Below the pieces are notes generated by a model. It had not been told where the DNA came from, did not search any database, and worked only from the letters and a program-made list of their open reading frames with translations. A DNA stretch of 64,000 nucleotides, taken from IMG/VR virus record IMGVR_UViG_3300009788_000087, one strand, 5' to 3'. Source of the DNA: a virus. Position 1 is the stretch's first letter, and the number at the start of each line of letters is the position of its first letter. Position numbers and translations under genes: made by a program. Below, piece by piece: positions 61,931 to 64,000 of the stretch.

Positions 61931-64000
61931 TTATAACTTACCAAAGAGCTGAGTTGCATAAAGCCCCTTGTGGCGTCCTCTATCTGCTCTTGGATCCTCG
62001 ACTATACCAGTAACGCCAGTAGATATAGCTTGGTCAAGGAAATCTCGTATATTTTTGTCATCTAGCTTTGGTTTATCCACTTGGATATGTACTGTCTTTT
62101 CACGTTTCGTTATCTCTGGTTTCAAATTATCGAAAACCATTGTAACCAATATGTCTTGTTTCTCACCCGTATCCAGAGATTCCATTCTGAGGCAGTATGT
62201 GGTATCTGAGAATACGCGATTGTTTGTTCCTGGTCGTGATGTCATGATTAGTGTATCTTGGAATGTCGTCTCTCTGAATATTCTCGCTGGTGGGTTCGTG
62301 GCGAATGCACCAATTGCCTCTAGCCTCACACCAGCAGCTGAGATACTTTCTATTGGATACTCGCCTTCGTTCTTGAATTGTTCATTTAGACGAACAGCGA
62401 GCTGGCAAGATAAAAACGAGAACTCGTCATGTCTTGTAACAGTTTGAGCAGCATAAACATACTTTAGATTCCCGTCTTGGAAGTACTTTACGTCATTGTC
62501 AAAGAATAATACATTCTGCGCACCGAACCTAATGTCAATCAGATCCCAATCTGTAAGATCATTTCCAGCGCCATCTCGTAACTTTCTGAAGAGCCTGTAG
62601 TAATGGATATCACGCTGGCTATTGCACGGAAGCTTCCACGTCACGACGACTCTCTTCCTGTGTGACTCAGTTCGAACTGAGAATTCATCTGGCGGACCTG
62701 GTAGCTTTGTATCAACAATTGCTCCATATCGCCAATTCCTGCCCCACTCGCTTGTAAAATATGAACTCTTATGTGTTGCAAGACCCTTTGTCTGTGTAAA
62801 GTCAGCATCGAAGAAGTTTCCATCCTCGAACCCCATATGAGTAATATTACCCTTCCGTGTCCACTTGAGGATAATCTTTATCCTATATCGATAAATGCCT
62901 CCATACAAGACTTTCGTATCAATAAATTCAGTACAATCAATGTCTGGAATCTCAATCTCGTCAATGAGCTGAAATACACCATCAGATCCTTGTGTATATT
63001 TTTCTATGACATAGCCAACATATTCAGTACCTGATTCTTCCTGTGTTGCTGGAAATGTTGGAATATTAGATTTCTTCTTAATCTCAGGTTCTGTTTCTGA
63101 TAGAACACAAAGATTTGGCAGGAATTGTCCGAGACCAGCGATAACTTCAGCATGTTCTGGGTATTCAATTAGATCAACTTTACCTTCGCTCACGAGACCA
63201 GTAATCGCAGGATCAACAAACACAACTTCAGTGAATGCAGTCATGTCAGTTACTCTCCGTGGAGCTGCAACTGTCTCATAGATTATATGAATAAGTGGAT
63301 CTTCTTCTTGTGTACCAAACGTTCCAACAGACTGTGAGCTTTTCTCTGCTGTCACTAATCTCATTGTCATTAGTGGAGATGATGGTAGGATCCCTTGGAT
63401 TGTTATAGCTGCAGGAGCGTCATGGGCTGAAAATATTGAACGTGTTGGACTACTTGTTTTTACTATCGAAAACTTACCATCATATAGGTCTCCCTTTATG
63501 CTCTTGGCTTTTTTCGACATTACCCCCACCGATGTCTTCGATGCTCTAATGATACCATTATCAGAATTGATATTTGTTTGGATATCATGTAGTTCGATGC
63601 CGTTCGTGCTTTCAGAACACAGATATTCCATCTCATCAACTCTTGCTGTTGGTCCTACAGTAGAATATCCTGCTTTCGTAAGAGGCATCTCAACAATTGC
63701 CGAGATAACACCCGGGCATATGAAACCATTGGCGACAGCTTTCCTTATGACGCCGAATTTCATAGCGCTGAGTCTATCGAATCTTATGCCGCGTTTGATG
63801 TCAGAACGAATTGGTTTGTTGACTCTAAGTGAAAAGCTTCTCGTTCTCTTATCGGTCGGTGGTGATATTCTGGATGATGGTGGCTTATCTGTAAACGGAG
63901 CGCGCTGCCATTTGAGTTTGATATATCTGGGTATATCTTCTACTTTCTTGTTGCCGCGGGGCTCATCGTCATTTGTCTCTTCATCTTCAATATAATAATT
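61931..64000 (-). CDS. Large structural protein, 5' end outside window
   Basis: Frame stays open from base 64000 (NYYIEDE..DIPRYIKLKW) into the track ORF; FN3-like YRYRIK and VVVTW segments. Confidence 0.65.
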   Translation of the reverse strand, partial: NYYIEDEETNDDEPRGNKKVEDIPRYIKLKWQRAPFTDKPPSSRISPPTDKRTRSFSLRVNKPIRSDIKRGIRFDRLSAMKFGVIRKAVANGFICPGVISAIVEMPLTKAGYSTVGPTARVDEMEYLCSESTNGIELHDIQTNINSDNGIIRASKTSVGVMSKKAKSIKGDLYDGKFSIVKTSSPTRSIFSAHDAPAAITIQGILPSSPLMTMRLVTAEKSSQSVGTFGTQEEDPLIHIIYETVAAPRRVTDMTAFTEVVFVDPAITGLVSEGKVDLIEYPEHAEVIAGLGQFLPNLCVLSETEPEIKKKSNIPTFPATQEESGTEYVGYVIEKYTQGSDGVFQLIDEIEIPDIDCTEFIDTKVLYGGIYRYRIKIILKWTRKGNITHMGFEDGNFFDADFTQTKGLATHKSSYFTSEWGRNWRYGAIVDTKLPGPPDEFSVRTESHRKRVVVTWKLPCNSQRDIHYYRLFRKLRDGAGNDLTDWDLIDIRFGAQNVLFFDNDVKYFQDGNLKYVYAAQTVTRHDEFSFLSCQLAVRLNEQFKNEGEYPIESISAAGVRLEAIGAFATNPPARIFRETTFQDTLIMTSRPGTNNRVFSDTTYCLRMESLDTGEKQDILVTMVFDNLKPEITKREKTVHIQVDKPKLDDKNIRDFLDQAISTGVTGIVEDPRADRGRHKGLYATQLFGKL

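Noticed and set aside
73-63995. Numerous plus-strand ORFs in the track
   Set aside because: They lie antisense to long, motif-bearing minus-strand genes and have no recognisable domains; treated as shadow ORFs, except 12270..12446
1-64000. Stop-codon reassignment as seen in some huge phages
   Set aside because: Long genes are intact in the standard code, and TAA, TAG and TGA all end genes at tight junctions

Overview
This is a 64 kb segment of a large T4-like myovirus (jumbo/huge-phage type), standard genetic code, with essentially every gene on the minus strand. It holds the virion morphogenesis module: terminase, intein-containing portal, prohead protease, scaffold, major capsid, neck, sheath, tube, chaperone with a probable programmed frameshift, tape measure and baseplate. 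Interleaved are a primase, a RuvC-like resolvase, an SbcD-SbcC fusion, a family A polymerase, an HD hydrolase, a tubulin/FtsZ-like GTPase, ribosomal protein bS21 and an HNH homing endonuclease. The most striking item is missing from the ORF track because it runs off the left edge. It is one open frame of at least 1762 codons (5288 to <1), which I translated by hand. It strings together PcfJ-like, papain-like, pyrophosphatase, ADP-ribosyltransferase, RNA-ligase-like and protein-kinase domains. About a dozen otherwise unrelated small ORFs, including two more ADP-ribosyltransferase-like toxins, share an N-terminal leader (M-x-x-L-x-x-I-Y...E/A) resembling a capsid-targeting peptide cleaved by the prohead protease. 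Together these suggest a modular capsid-packaged, injected effector arsenal. Domain calls come from motif recognition by eye, not database searches. No tRNA, rRNA or CRISPR array was found.
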